Source of the DNA: Spongospora subterranea f. sp. subterranea
Lineage: Eukaryota
Direction of reading: 5' to 3'
Assembly: GCA_049724395.1 (NCBI GenBank)
Contig: JAUGWO010000149.1
Coordinates: 55,434-75,433, forward strand
Length of the DNA: 20,000 nucleotides
Position numbers and translations under genes: made by a program. Positions 1 through 12,999 of this stretch are shown here, piece by piece. Numbering within the stretch: the first letter of the stretch is position 1; each line of letters begins with the position of its first letter. The notes below the pieces were generated by a model, which made no database searches, was not told the DNA's origin, and worked only from the letters and a program-made list of their open reading frames with translations.

Positions 1-2343
1 ATATCCCCATCTCAGCACCTACCGCAAGATCCTGGCGCAATTGTATGCTGTGGCGTCGTCGCCCACATTCCCCGTTCCCGTTGAGCAGTTCGTGTCCCAG
101 ATCACGCTGGAGTTGCCCGTCCCCATCCCCGGTTTAGAACCCCCTGTTCTCGTCAACGCGCCATCCACCGTACTCACCCGTGTTCTGTGTTCTAGACAAG
201 TTGGGCGTCTCGTTGACGATCAGCGACGTGAACGACCCAATCAGGTTCTACGCGTCGCCTCTACGTGATCCGTTGATCTCCCGCCTGCCTTTGCGGTTGC
301 TGTTCGATATCCTCGGCGTCGACTCGATCCTCGGGATCTTCTCGGCGATGATGTTCGAGCAGCGGATCCTGCTTCACTCGAACTCGCTCTCGGCGTTGAC
401 CATCGTCTGTCAGACAATGCTCCAGTTAATGGGTTTTTCGCCATCTCCCGACAGAACGCGGTCACTGATCGACCCATCGTTTTGTCAACCAGATTACTGT
501 ATCCGTTCCAATGGACATCCGTTTACGTCCCGGTTCTGGCGGAAGTGATGTTGGACGCCCATCAATGCCCTCAACCGTATATCCAGGGCGTTCACACCAA
601 GTATCTGTCGCAGTTTACCGATCTCAACGACATCGTCCTCGTCGACCTCGATCACGACCTCATCCGCTGTTCGTCGCCGCTGCCCCGTCTGCCGCAGCAA
701 TCCGGTAATTCCGCCGACGCCAACTCCACCCGTAGCGCCAGCCGGCTAACGCAACGCGATCGCAGGCAGTGCATTATGGAACAGATTGGGGGAGGTCATG
801 GAGCGGCAATGCAGCGAGAGGGACTTCGTCTCACTCGGTTCGGACGACCCCTTCGGACACTCATCGTCGTCGAAATTCGACCGCGAAGTGACCGACGCGT
901 TCTTGACGTTCCACGCCGACCTGTGCTCGGGGTTCAGGCGCTTCCTGTTCTTCATCAACGACGTCCCGTTCTTCAACGGGCGCGGGTTCCTGAAGTCCAA
1001 GGTGCTGGAAGACGGGTCGTACGAGTTCCTGGAGAAGATGATCGAATCGCGCGCGTTCGACGGCTTCCTCGAACAGGAATCGGAACCGTCGTTGTATAAC
1101 GATTTCCTGGCCAGCGGGGACGTCAGAATATTAGGTCACAAAATGAGTCGATTTCCACTGGATATTTGTTGGGGATTGAACGAGGCCGAAATTGTAGAGA
1201 AAATTCACGAGGTGGAAAGTCGATCGGTCCCATATCATGAGATGAAGACGCCGTCGGCGGCGAACTGGCGTGATCAAACACAGAGCCAGCACGCGTTCTC
1301 GCGGCCGTTGCGCGAGGATGTCATGACGCCGATGGAGCGGATCAAGCTGGCGATGACGCCAAGTCAGATGACGGCCAGCACGAGGAGGGCGCACAAGAAG
1401 AGGTCTGGCGAACACGCTTTTCGGGCCCTGAACGCAAATCGGGGGCCGACAGCAACAACGGGACACTGAATGTTGGTTTTTGTTTTGCGATTGGGTCTAG
1501 GCCCCAACAGAACGCGCTAGCTGGCCAACATGATCAGATGCAGTATTATATGTCGCAGATATTCTCCAACGAGGGTCTCAGTGAATCTGATGCCAAATCG
1601 GTGAGTCCAATCGACGTCTCTGACGTCGTTGGTGAGCTTTTTTTTCTTTCAATTCTCGAAAAGGGGTTTTTTTCTTGATTTTTTTTGCTCCCTGTTGAGT
1701 GCGTTGGTCGTGGTCGGTGGGATTTGAGTGGAATCTCTGTTTAGGTATCGCGGCTTCTTGACCACGAGTCCGCCCGAGACTGCCTATCGGCCATCCTGAA
1801 GCAGCCGTTGGCCAAGGGTCCCGACCTGTGCCTTTCCGACTCGTCGTTCGCCGCTCTGGCCGCCACACTCCAGACCATGCTCGACTGTTGCCTCACCTAC
1901 GACGATCATCTCAACGCATCTAGTAATGCCCCTCCCCGATCGATCTCCGCCCCCGAATACGATGATTGACCAATCGATTGCCCTCGCCAGGTGTCTTGGA
2001 TGCGTCAACGTTGTTCTTCTGCGAAGGTGACCAAGGTCAACGGATATTCATCGATTCGGTGATTCGCGATCACTCGATGTGGAGTCAGCAGCTGTTCTGG
2101 GAGAAACTGATGGAGAAATCGCTGAAGAAGAGCCCCGAGGCGATTGACGCCAGGCGGGAGTTCATCTACGATTGGTTCATGAACTCGGCGCACAAGATGC
2201 TCACCCTCGGGGTGGCGTTCGATGACGTCATGGCCACCGTGTTGTATCTGGCCAAGGTCCACGATCTACCGGTATCGAGGATAGATGAACTCAGGAGATT
2301 CGTCAACAAAGTCGCATTATCAATGTCGCCTGATAACGATTAA
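1..2343 (+). CDS. DENN-domain protein (Rab GEF family), 3' part, multi-exon; 5' end lies outside the window
   Basis: Spliced translation gives cDENN hallmarks (..LPVPIP.., LLFDILGVDSILGIFSAMMFEQRILLHS, LLYPFQWTSVYVPVL, CPQPYIQGV, IVLVDLD) and dDENN (AFLTFHADLCSGFRRFL, FLEKMIESRAFDGFL). The C-terminal IRDHSMWSQQLFWE resembles the SBF2/MADD-type tail. GT-AG introns at 132-195, 425-492 and 705-765 (branch-like GCTAAC) restore the frame. Exons between about 1400 and 1990 are not precisely resolved. Stop TAA ends at 2343. Confidence 0.85.
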
Positions 2344-3047
2344 ACAGATTAGTTGTCACCTCTTTGGCATCGGCATTCCTCTGATAGATCGTTGTTGGTC
2401 ATTGACGCTGCTATGAACCGCCGCATTCTGTGGAAAATTGTGAACTTTTTGTTGCAAAGAAGGGTCCAATACAGTCCATTTTAGTGTCTTTGCCATTAAC
2501 TTCAGATAATGTTTTGAAAACCTTCTGGTTTTAGTTTAATCCCCATTCAACGGCGATCTGTCCACCGACATTGATGTCGTTATCAGGTCCTGCCATGGCA
2601 AAACGTGCCAGATCCAGACATCCTCTGTTGCAATGCTTCCATGATGATTTTGACCTGTTGCCCACTATTACGCTGATGCTAGCCTTTGCCAATAGCGCTA
2701 CTACTGGACAGGTCTTCCAGCAATCCCAAGGACCGCAATTCAAAAAGACCCGAACACTCCCTTAACCCCTCGCTTTCGGTTAATATCCAGCCATCGGGCG
2801 GATATCTGCTACTGTAGGCAAGCGGGCGATATTCCTCATCGTAAACAGCACCAGCGACCACACTTTATAATTTGGCTTCAAATTCGCTCATACAGGGGCG
2901 CGGAAGGCGGAAGCATTTTGCGGAACTCAGCGCGTCTGGGGCAACTGGCGATATGACCCGGAAAGATGTTGGCAATATCGTTATATGAAAAAAAATCGCG
3001 GAAATGTGATCTCTTTCCGCCGAAACTATCGCCATTGCGAATTCTCC

Positions 3048-4640
3048 ATGTTGTTGTCTCTAATCGGCGGTGCGGAAACTGTTTTGTGCGGTGCCAAAGT
3101 TGCCGGTTCGGTGCGGGTGGAGAAAGGGACGTTACTGGCCGTTACCACTGCTGTGGTCCCGTGGGCATGCCGGCCGATCGCTCAACAACAGTCAAGTGGC
3201 CATGGGTCAGGATGGACCGAATAACAAACGCGGGTGCGGGTGCGTCGCCCTGGCCGGCGATAATCAATACTGTGGCACGGCGACTCGCTGCATTGACTAC
3301 CTGCTCAACTTCGACGTGGTTCTGGGGCTGGAAGAAGCGGAAAACCACAAAATCAATGGGTCTTCTTCATGTCCGTTAGTCGATATTTTCGCCATTGTAG
3401 GTTTGATTTCGGCCACGACCTCGACTATAGTAATATTTGAGGACGTAGACCGTCGGAGCGCTGGCAGGTCGGTCGAAGGCGGAATTAAAAGCGACAAGCC
3501 TGATCCAGGAGGGCGACACGCTCACCCATCGTCATCTCGCACCATATTATGCAGCTGCCGACCAGTACCTCAATCGCAAGCATTATGACGCCATCTCGTC
3601 CTGGCTAGCAATACTGACTGATGACCGGTCCAACGTCCTGGCCCTGAAGTTCCTAACGACTGCCTGTTTCTATGTGGGAGATTGCGACACCATGTCTTAC
3701 GCGTGTCGTTTGGCCATGGAATGCGTCGAAGAGCGATACGTCCATCATGTCTGGGCAATGCTCGCCTTTGCCCTATCGGAAAAAAATCAGTGTCAACAAG
3801 CGGAGCATTATGCGTCAAAAGCCATTGAAATACAAAACGACCTAGCTTGGGGTATTCACGCTATGTCTCACGTATATCTGGAGCAGTCGAGGTTCCAAGG
3901 TAAATTTCAGGTTTTTTTTTACATGGAGTTGAACGTTTGGGCTCATTTTCTTCAACAGAAGGAATAGAGCTGTTAGCGGCAAACAACTCGCCATGGAAAG
4001 CGCACGACGATCTCGCTTGTCATATCTATTGGCATTGGGCAATGTTCTATGTTTACTCAGGCGAAACGGATCAGGCCTTGGACCTCTACGATCGCGAGAT
4101 CATCGTTCGAACCCAGAAGTCGATGGCGTTTCCGATGGACGTGGCCGACGCCGTGTCATTGCTCGTTCGTCTCGAGCTGTTTGAGAAAGGTGTTGGCCCT
4201 CGCTGGGCTGCTCTTCATCACCTAACCACCCACAACGTTCCGATGTTCCTCGCCTACCCATTCACTGCCGCTCACTATATCGTTCTCGAATGCCATATCA
4301 AAGGTGTCGATTCCCGCAAGTTTCTGGCGCAAGCGCTAAACTCACTGGTCGATCAAACGGGGCAGTTGAAGCCCTTCTTTACTGCTCTGCACTCGTACTG
4401 TAAGAAGGACGACATCAATCGTGCTTTTATGGTCTTGTTTTATCATATTTCGAGCTTACGACCCCTTGGCGGTAGCAACGCCCAGCGAGACGTTTTCAAC
4501 TTGATGGCGATAAGACGCTGGCATACGATCATGTAATCATGGACACGTATTCGCGCTGATTGTCGGTAAAACCAGAGGGTGGATCCAGAACCAGCTGATA
4601 CAACGGCGGTGTTGCTCGTGTAAGAATATAACGAATCCTG
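3048..4640 (+). CDS. TTC38: Tetratricopeptide repeat protein 38-like (TTC38), multi-exon; both ends approximate
   Basis: Motifs VLALKFLTTACFYVGD, MLAFALSE...AEHYASKAI, AWGIHAMSHVYLEQSR, LACHIYWHWAMFY, DVADAVSLLVRLEL and the diagnostic LGGSNAQRDVF. Intron 3900-3958 (GT..AG) joins ORFs 3674-3967 and 3937-4536. The start (ATG 3048 or 3202) and last exon are uncertain. Confidence 0.85.
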
Positions 4641-4741
4641 ATACTGCTGTATCAGACCCGCTGAATTACTCCGACCTCAAATTGTCATTGCTTGACCTAT
4701 CATAAACGCACAATGCTTATACAGCAATCGCGGCCTATATT

Positions 4742-6380
4742 TTATTTTTTTTTCAACATATTGGCTAGTTTGCTCATTACAGCAGGATTCCCGATATGCT
4801 TCATTAGAGCACTTGATCCGTTCATGCGAAGATCTGCAATCACAGGCCCTAGTTCTGGGTCCTAGGAAAAGGACGGATGTTCAATACACTTTCGGATTGT
4901 TAAATTAGTCAAAGTTGCAGTTTACCTGGGAGTGGGCTTGGACACTTGGAGAATCTAAGAAAGTTTTCAGAGCGCTTGGATCGGTAAGCAGAGACATTGG
5001 GTTGAACGGTGCCGAAGTCGGCGAGGCGGATGGGGATGACGCAGGATTTAGACCGCCCATCATCTACATCAGAATTATTGAGTTCTTATCTCCAAAATAT
5101 CCCCAGACTGTTGTACCCCGCGAAGCAAATCGGGATCTTGCATCATTTGCTGCACCATTGGATTGTTGAACAATGCGCCTAGATCAAATGGAGATGCGCC
5201 TTCTGAGGTTGCTGGCTGATCGAAGATTAGCTCTATAATGGACTGCAAAGAATAGCATCAGCGCAGACCTTGCCGTCAATCGCAGAGAGCGCATCCTGAA
5301 TCTCGCTCGCCAGTGCGCAAGACGAGTCCGAACAGGTTGATAACGCAGCCGTAAAGCTGAAACACGTTTGAACATTAATGTTGACAGCACAATTCGAGGC
5401 CTCTACCTTTCTTTGGCCTTTTTTGTTTCGTTAAGCTGAGAGTAGGCGACTCCTAGACGGTAATGCGCTTTAGTGTAAGAATAATCCAGTTCAACAGCGC
5501 GTTGACTACAAATCATGAACAGTTTAAGCATTCCGAGGGGATTCAGCGCAGACTGGAAAACTACCAGTCTTTCACCGCGTCTTGGTAGTTTCCCAATTTG
5601 GAATGGGCCGCCGCTCTATTACCAAACAAGATAGCGTTGGTTGGGTTGAAAGTAATTGCCTGACTATACAGCTCAATCGCTCCTTGCGTGTCACCATCGG
5701 AAAGCGCACGATTGCCTAAGGTGTTCCCATGAAAACATGCTCAACATTTCCATGGTGTTCTACCTTCCGCTTTTAGCACTTCCGACTGCTCAACCTGTTT
5801 TGTAGTCACTGTCGCGGCAGATTGGCCATATTTGTCATTGAATTTTTCCTTTGCTCTGTTTAGGCGCACCGAATACTCGGAACTGCCTTCGTCAAATCCT
5901 TCGAAAAAACCTTTGTCCTTCAACGCTTTAACAAACTTATCAAATCCGTCTGGATGTCCATTCTGAGAGTTAATGACAGAAAGGCCACTACAGATGTCCT
6001 CAGAAGCATGACGACGCCTCAAAAAACCCCAACATACGTGCGGAATATATCGAGTAGAGGAGGTAGTGATCTGGTTGACGGTTGATCAATCTGCACACCG
6101 GTTGCTTCAGCTGTAGAGAACACCAACGATCAGAGGCCTGGCGTCATGAAAAAAAAAGCACATACTGATGCACTGAACCGCAACCTCAACAGAGTCAGCA
6201 TCGACCGCTTTCGACGATTCTAGCAAAGGATCATCAGTATCACGACGGGTCGCTGCATTGGCCAAGCAAACGATGGCTGCTCCACAGCGCCTCCACCCCC
6301 CGCTTACCTAGGCCGTGTAAAAATTTACAGATGGAAACGATGAGATCCCGTTGATCGGTGGACAAGTCCCCAGTGGTCAT
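4742..6380 (-). CDS. SGTA: SGTA/Sgt2-like small glutamine-rich TPR co-chaperone, multi-exon
   Basis: ATG at 6380 gives MTTGDLSTDQRDLIVSICKFLHGL, then DSVEVAVQCI (SGTA dimerisation domain). A TPR block follows (SEVLKAEG-NRAL...AIELYSQAITFNPTNAILFGNRAAAHSKLGNYQDAVKD-CQRAVELDYSYTKAHYRLGVAY). C-terminal STI1/DP-like segments (LFNNPMVQQMMQDPDL; DPELGPVIADLRMNGSSALMKHIGNPAVMSKL) end at a TAA at 4744-4742. Introns are short GT-AG. Confidence 0.88.
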
Positions 6381-8569
6381 GATTGGGGCGGTACGATATC
6401 GTTATGAGGATGATGTGAACGATTCCCTCTGACAGTTATGAGCGATGTCATCCCGACGGTTCGTTGATCACGAGGCCCCGCCCCACTTCCGTTCCGGCGC
6501 AATATCCCCGTGATTGACTCACGCAGGTTTTGATTCACAACAACACACACACACACCGGCTGGTGTAACATCAGGGGTCCACTGTTACCGCCGTGTCGCC
6601 CGTCTGAGTCATGGACTCATGGCCAACAAATGGACTTTCAGAGAATCCTCCAATGAATTTTTGAACCTCATAGTCCAAACTGTTATTGTAAAGCGATATG
6701 GGTTTGCATATTCGCTATTTTTTTTTTCACAAATTGTTGCCGTCAACTTTCGTCTGTATTCCAGCTGCGAAATCTCCATTGGTAATTGATAATCTTAGGC
6801 GGATGTCGTCCCTTCTTCCAATTTGCAGAGACAGTCTTCTTCGTTTTTCAATTAGGGTTTCGCTGGGTTAGGCGCCAGATCAAGCAAATATGGTGACCGT
6901 GAGGTCGGGTATCGTTGACCGCAAGTTCAACGACGACATATCACGAATCTTTGGAAACCTGTCGCTGACTTCCTCATATAATGAAACATCCTATGGCCTT
7001 GAGCCTTTCCTTTATTCTTGGCGTTCCCATTCTTGAACCAACCTTGACCTGAACCTTGGTTTTGGCGTTTTTCCTTGTTGACTCCAGGCCGCAATGGCCT
7101 AAAATGCCTGTCGATAAACCCAGTTTTGGCTCGAGTTTGATTTGAGAACTGTTGAAGAGAGCTCAACATTGCCGATCATTTGTCATTTTTTATACTTAAT
7201 TCTGTCTGGACGCCACTCAACAATCTGAGTGCGTTTGCGTCGATGAGCGCGTTTCAATCGATCAATTGATTATTCTCCGATTGCTTCTTTACCCGATTAT
7301 TACGAGTTCAATCTACGAGGTATCAGCTCCGTCCCTGTATCTATTCCTCTTCATGATGAGACCGTTTCCGGAACATTCCTTCCGCGATATCCCTTTCCCA
7401 AGTCGAAGATTACCCACTGCACTACAGCACACGTGTTCCTCGGGATAAATGCAGAGAACGAGTCGGCAATTCTCTAAATCTATCGAGGCACTGAATCGTT
7501 TCTCGTTCGGCAAATCTAACGCCCAACGAGACGTTACAGACGGGACGAACGCGATCGAATCACACCGTTCCCAGCCAGTCCGAATCTCTTTTACAATTCT
7601 CCTTTCGACAGTTATCAATCGCCATGATCAAAGATGGTGATAAAATATTCTTGACGGGATCGTGTGAATCACTGTCGCGATCGCTCCTCGTGAATGGGCG
7701 TGGCACAGTTTCCGCCTGGTGTCGCGGCGTGGAATGACCCGATTTCGAGATGGCGCCAGCCGTAAGGGTTGGGTTCGCTACTGGTGCCAAAGATTACGAT
7801 AGATTGCCGATTATAGGTTTCGCCTGCATCATTTGCTTCAGGTTTCCGTGTCTGCTATTTCTTGCTTGAAAGCCGCCCAACCATGTATCTCGCGCCGACA
7901 TTTTTCGGGTCCGGCTGTTTGGAAAACGAACAGGCCAAAGATCCACGAGCACGCCAAGATGGCCCCTTTACCAGCCATGGTTTCGCACAGGTCCACACCT
8001 TTTCACAATCAGGTCTAGTTCTACTGAGTAGAACAAGGCGCATCAAGTGGGAATCAAGGGATTCTCGGGAACGCGACGCGCAACGCAATCAGCGGCGTCG
8101 CCGAAACTTGACGAGCACCAGCCTCAAGCACCAATTCATTCGACGGCGTTTGCTGATCTTGACAAAGAAATGGGCATTCCTTTGGTGCAGGGCGGGTCTG
8201 GTTTTACGCCATGGGTGCGGGACGCGCCGTTTCTCGGCAGCCACAAACGGGCCCGTGACTCATCGTCGACGTCCGATACCCTAAGCACGAATCTGGCTCA
8301 CGCCAGAAATACCGAACAATGCAATTGCCCAAACGATCAAGACGTCAGACGATGGAGTAAAACGGGTTCTACGAAGCGCTAATCGTGGCTTTGTTCCCCC
8401 TTTTGCAACGGACATAGAGGTTTGTCGTGAACGAATCTTAGCTGGGCTGGGTTTCGAGTTTTCCAGGCTTTTATATAGCTCTTGAGAAGTTGTCGTCGAG
8501 AAATCGACGGCCAGATTTGGTCGCACAACCCTGATCCTAACGACATTGCTGAAATGTTTATAAGTTCAT

Positions 8570-10158
8570 CTATGGAGCCTCTTTCGCCCTTCTCTCGTCT
8601 CTCGTTCCACCGCCCAGGTTCACCAGATCGTCGCACTCCAGGACGCTCTTCAGATGGGAGGAGAACGGCGCCTCCTTTGACCGGGGGATCGAGCGATCGT
8701 GTCAATATCCAGGGCGCGCGTACAAGGAGTGGGGAAATACCTTCAGGAACTGCGACCGTTTCTCGAACGAGAACTGTCTCGGCAACGACTTGGATTTCGA
8801 ATCCTGAGCGTCGCCGTTGTCCGTCGACGTCGTCGATCGATCCCGATTGAGAGCACGATCGTGATCCTCGGCCGCTCCCTCGTCACCATACGTTTCGGTG
8901 TTGGACAGGTCGATCGACAGATTCTCAATCGAATGTCGACGAGACAGCGACGAACGCCCTGTAATCAACGGCATCGTCAATGAGAATTTTCTCGATTTCC
9001 CCCCTGAAAACAATCGCCGTCCACCTTGGGTGTTGGTTTGATTATTCACCAGATAGGTCAATATCTGATTGGCGTCGACGCTATCCCGTAATGTTGCCGG
9101 CGTGAACACCAGGTTGTTGCCGATATCCAGATTGACCAACTTCCTCATGCGGACCATCTTGCGCGCCGGAATCGTCGATAAACGGTTGTTGCACAGGATC
9201 AGCGTCGTCAAACTGGTGATGTCGAGGGATATCAGTTGAGGAACACACACAACACACGAAATGGTTTATACTTCATCTCGCTGATCCGGTCGGGAATCTC
9301 AGCGATGGCGTTGTGTCCCAAGTCGAGCACCTCGATATGTCTAAGGTTGCAGATACTCGACGGAATCGAGACGACCTCATTGTTCGATAGGTTGAGTCTG
9401 GTCAGCGCGACCGCGTTCGACATGAAATCTTCCGATAGGTGAATTATTCGCTTTTGAACGCACGATCCTCAGCCGGTTGAACTCGATGTGAGATGGTGCT
9501 TACATTATGGGAGATATCCAGATGCTCCAACGCCTTCAGGTTGAGCAACGAACCAACGTCCCTGATCTCATTGTGCGACAGATTCAACAGCCGCAGGTCC
9601 TTCAGATTGCAGATATTGGCGTGCACCTAGGGATGAGTTCGGCGGACGATCATGCGATGAACGTGTGTGGACAAATCAACCTTGGTTATGGCGTTGTAGC
9701 TGCAATCGACGACCTCGAGGTTGGAGACGCGAGCAATGTGCTCGGTCAGCTCGGTCATCTGATTATGGTGAACGACCAGATCCGCCAGTCGAACAAAATC
9801 GATCATGTCGCCGACGATCTCGTCGAAACTGGAGATCGCGTTATGTGATAGGTTGATTCGCAGCAACGACTTGAACTGCGATAGGTTCGTAATCCGCCTC
9901 AATCGATTTCCTTGGAGCTTCAACACAAGCTACAACCATCGTCGTCGCTCATTTTATTCGGATAGAAAACAGAACCCAGATTCCGCTGTCTTACCACGGC
10001 GCGAGGCGTCGAGATATTGCGGCGACCTGATCCGGGATCACGTCCAGATTGAGATTGGATAGGTCGAGGATCCCGTTGGTCACGCGCAGCTCGTTCACCG
10101 CCACGACGGGCGATGCGGAAACTCGAGAGCACCGCCCAGTGATACAAATTAGGCCCAT
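8570..10158 (-). CDS. Leucine-rich-repeat protein with a Ser/Arg-rich low-complexity C-terminus, multi-exon
   Basis: Repeated LxxLxLxxNxL units across ORFs 9627-9926, 9444-9626, 9232-9423 and 8702-9250 (LKLQGNRL, INLSHNAI, LNLSHNEI, LDLGHNAI, LILCNNRL), joined by GT-AG introns. Likely start MGLICITGRC at 10158. The last exon EAPFSSHLKSVLECDD...KEAP* has its stop ending at 8570. Confidence 0.8.
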
Positions 10159-11268
10159 ATTAGGGGGAACAGCATATACGGCAGATCGGGGGAAATGTTA
10201 TATCACGACCAGCGAACCATTTTCCGAGACGGGGCGATTTTCTGAGCTTTCCGGGGAGTACGACATGATCGTCCTGTGCCAAGATATCTCAATTCTCTTC
10301 ACGTTCTGTCACCACCACGATTTTTTATCAACGTATTTACCTTTCGCAATTCATTGGGCAACGCGTGAACGGCGTCGTTTTAATGAACGGGTTCAGTTTT
10401 GCCACGAAGCGAGCATGGCATAACGTGAGGGTCTCCAGCGATCACACACCGCGTCGAACCTCTGACCAGGACGATTCCGTCCAAGGCGCAATCGCTTTCC
10501 CACTTGTGGGTTCTCAGGGGTCCATTCAGATTCGGGAAAGCTGTGCAGATTGGGGTTTTCGACGACAAACGGAGTAGGATGCTGCCAGAAACACAATTAC
10601 GACTGGCAAGAAAGATCAGGCCAGAACACCGTTTTCGGCAACTTTCATTATAATGGGGCCAGACTGGCAAGTGAGAAAGGTCTCTTAATACAACGGTTAT
10701 TGGCGGAACTGAACCGAATATCTGGGATGGTATTCTGGCCATGTTATCAAGTCTTGTTGTTGTCGAACGGCGATATCTACCAGTTTTCTGCCAAACGGTT
10801 TACCAACACGCGATAATGTTCGTACCCGCTTCGCCCAATTCGTAGTCCCTTGAAACTCGCTGTTGGCAATATTCCACCACCGATGCAACGCATTCGTCTG
10901 CTCCGTCTTCAAAGATGGCGTAACTTTCCTCGGTGGAGAAATGATCGATATTATGCGGTATCCCAACCAGAAAAACGGTTCTGCGTTTTTCCGCATCGTT
11001 GATTGTCCCCAATAAAACTGGCGGTTACGCTTCCGTCATTCTAAAGGGCTTCTCCATGCGAAAGAAATCAACTTCTTGGTTATGTTAATCCTATTATTGC
11101 ACACCGCGTGCATATCAGAAAAGAAATGTGGTCATGAATGGTTCTGAGATCAAAAGTGCCTTTGCCAATATGTAATTTGTTTTATACCAGGTGGAGATCT
11201 GGAGTCTTGATACACAGTTGGGTGTAAAAATTTGGCTGCATCAAGTTACCTGATTGTATATTCGCTTT

Positions 11269-12999
11269 TCAAGATATAATGCGGTGGCGTTTCCCCACAT
11301 CGATAAACGCATTCACGGCTTGATTAACATCCTCTGTCGAATGCGCGCTAGACAGCTGAACCCGAATTCTGAAAAATTGGGCGTTACTGTCAAGTAAAAA
11401 TATTTGCTCTGTATGGACTGACCTTGCTTGCTCTTTGGCGACAACAGGATAGCTAAACCCAATCACATAAATACCTTTTTTTAACAAATCATCTGCCATC
11501 TTGGAGGCTACACTAGCGCTTCCCAAAAGTATAGGGGCAATAGGGTGACGATCGTCTCCAAGAATTGTAAATCCAGCAGCCTATTGAAAAATGGGACGTA
11601 TGCACAGCCAGGATGCGGTAGAAACTCCAACCTTCATTCGAGTTCGAAAAAGTGTAGTATTAGCAGCAAGTTTCTCAACAAGAGCTGAAGATTCTATTAA
11701 TCTGTCAATAACGGCAATTGCTGGTTTAATTGTGAACAAGGGGGTTCTACTGATCCAGCGAACGGCGGTACCTGTTCCGACAATGACGGGCGCTAAAGAG
11801 TTTGAAAAAAGATAAGGTCGAGACTTTTGTCGAAGCATATCAATGATCTCTTTGCGACCAGTTGAATATCCACCGCTAGCGCCTAAGGTTAAGCAAATGG
11901 GATAATCTATATTTCCGCGTAATACGCCGGTTGTTCATCACCTCCAAGTGCCTTGCCGAGAGTTGAGTTTAGAACATCAACATCGCTAGGCGGGACTCCT
12001 TGTAGTTCTAACGATCCTCGACCCGTTTTACCGATTAAACCGGTTCCATGACAATCGTCTACAAATAACAATGCCGAGTATTGTTTCGCTAACGAGGATA
12101 TTTCGGATAACGGGGCTATATCACCTGACAAATAACGCTGTTCAAGACATCTCAGAGAAAACAGATATAAATTGAGCAATACCGTCCATACTGAAAGCGC
12201 CGTCAGTCGCAATCATGAAAAAACGGCTTTTTTGTTTTGCATCTTGTAGTTTTTTTTCCAGATCGTCTAGATCCATGTGGGCAAAGCGGTACCGTTGGGC
12301 ACGGCACAACCTGACTCCGTCGATGATACTAGCACTAAAACAAAGTACTGTTAATTAAGTGAGTTGAAGCGGTAAAGAATCATACTGATTGAGACTGTCG
12401 CTCAAAATTGCATCTTCGCTAGTCAGCAGAGCCTAGGAATGCTCTTTAGTCCATCATTAACAAATCGTTTGGCTAACAACGGTAAACCTCGAATAATCCC
12501 GCATTGGCATCAAAACAGCTTGGATAAAGGATTGTCGATTCAGTTCCATGGAATTCAGTGATTTTCGCTTCAAGCTCTTTATGTATATCCTATAGGTCAC
12601 CTTATAGAAGATTTAAGACAGAAGGTCGTGACCACACCTGTGTACCGCATATAAACCGGCCTGATGACAATCCAAAACCTCTGGAATCAAGAGTGGCTTT
12701 CGCTTGCTCGATAAGCTGAGGATCATTGCATAGTCCAAGATAATTGTTGGCACAGAAATTGGAGCACCTTATCGTTGTGCAAGCCCACTGTAATATGAGC
12801 GTCTTGTGATGATGTCAAAACCCGTTCATTCTTGTACGTCCCGTCAGATTTCATCGCGTTGAGCTGCACGCGTTTTGACTGAACGCAATCAGGATCAAAA
12901 TCCGGCGTCGCATACCTGTGTCGTTAGATGCCCGGAAAATTGTTCGGTGTAGAAACATCGCCTGCCTAAGGATAGTCTGTTGGCAGCGACCGCCATCAT
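11269..12999 (-). CDS. GCAT: Mitochondrial 2-amino-3-ketobutyrate CoA ligase (glycine C-acetyltransferase), multi-exon, with one apparent +1 frameshift near 12761
   Basis: Spliced translation: [17 protein letters not shown] (transit-peptide-like), [98 protein letters not shown] (PLP lysine), [37 protein letters not shown]. These motifs match KBL/GCAT in the alpha-oxoamine synthase family. Confidence 0.93.

Noticed and set aside
2350..2916. Possible small spliced minus-strand gene (MLPPSAPL...YDEEYRPLAYSSRYPPDGW...)
   Set aside because: No recognisable domain and no unique consistent splice model. It may be real but cannot be supported from sequence alone.
3048..6380. Adjacent convergent TPR genes (TTC38 and SGTA) as a functional cluster
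   Set aside because: They are unrelated TPR families and adjacency is unremarkable in a compact genome.
6544..6556. Short (AC)n run
   Set aside because: Trivial microsatellite.
10380..11060. Overlapping ORFs on both strands between the LRR gene and GCAT
   Set aside because: Possibly a hypothetical gene, but strand and exon structure could not be resolved and no motif was recognised.
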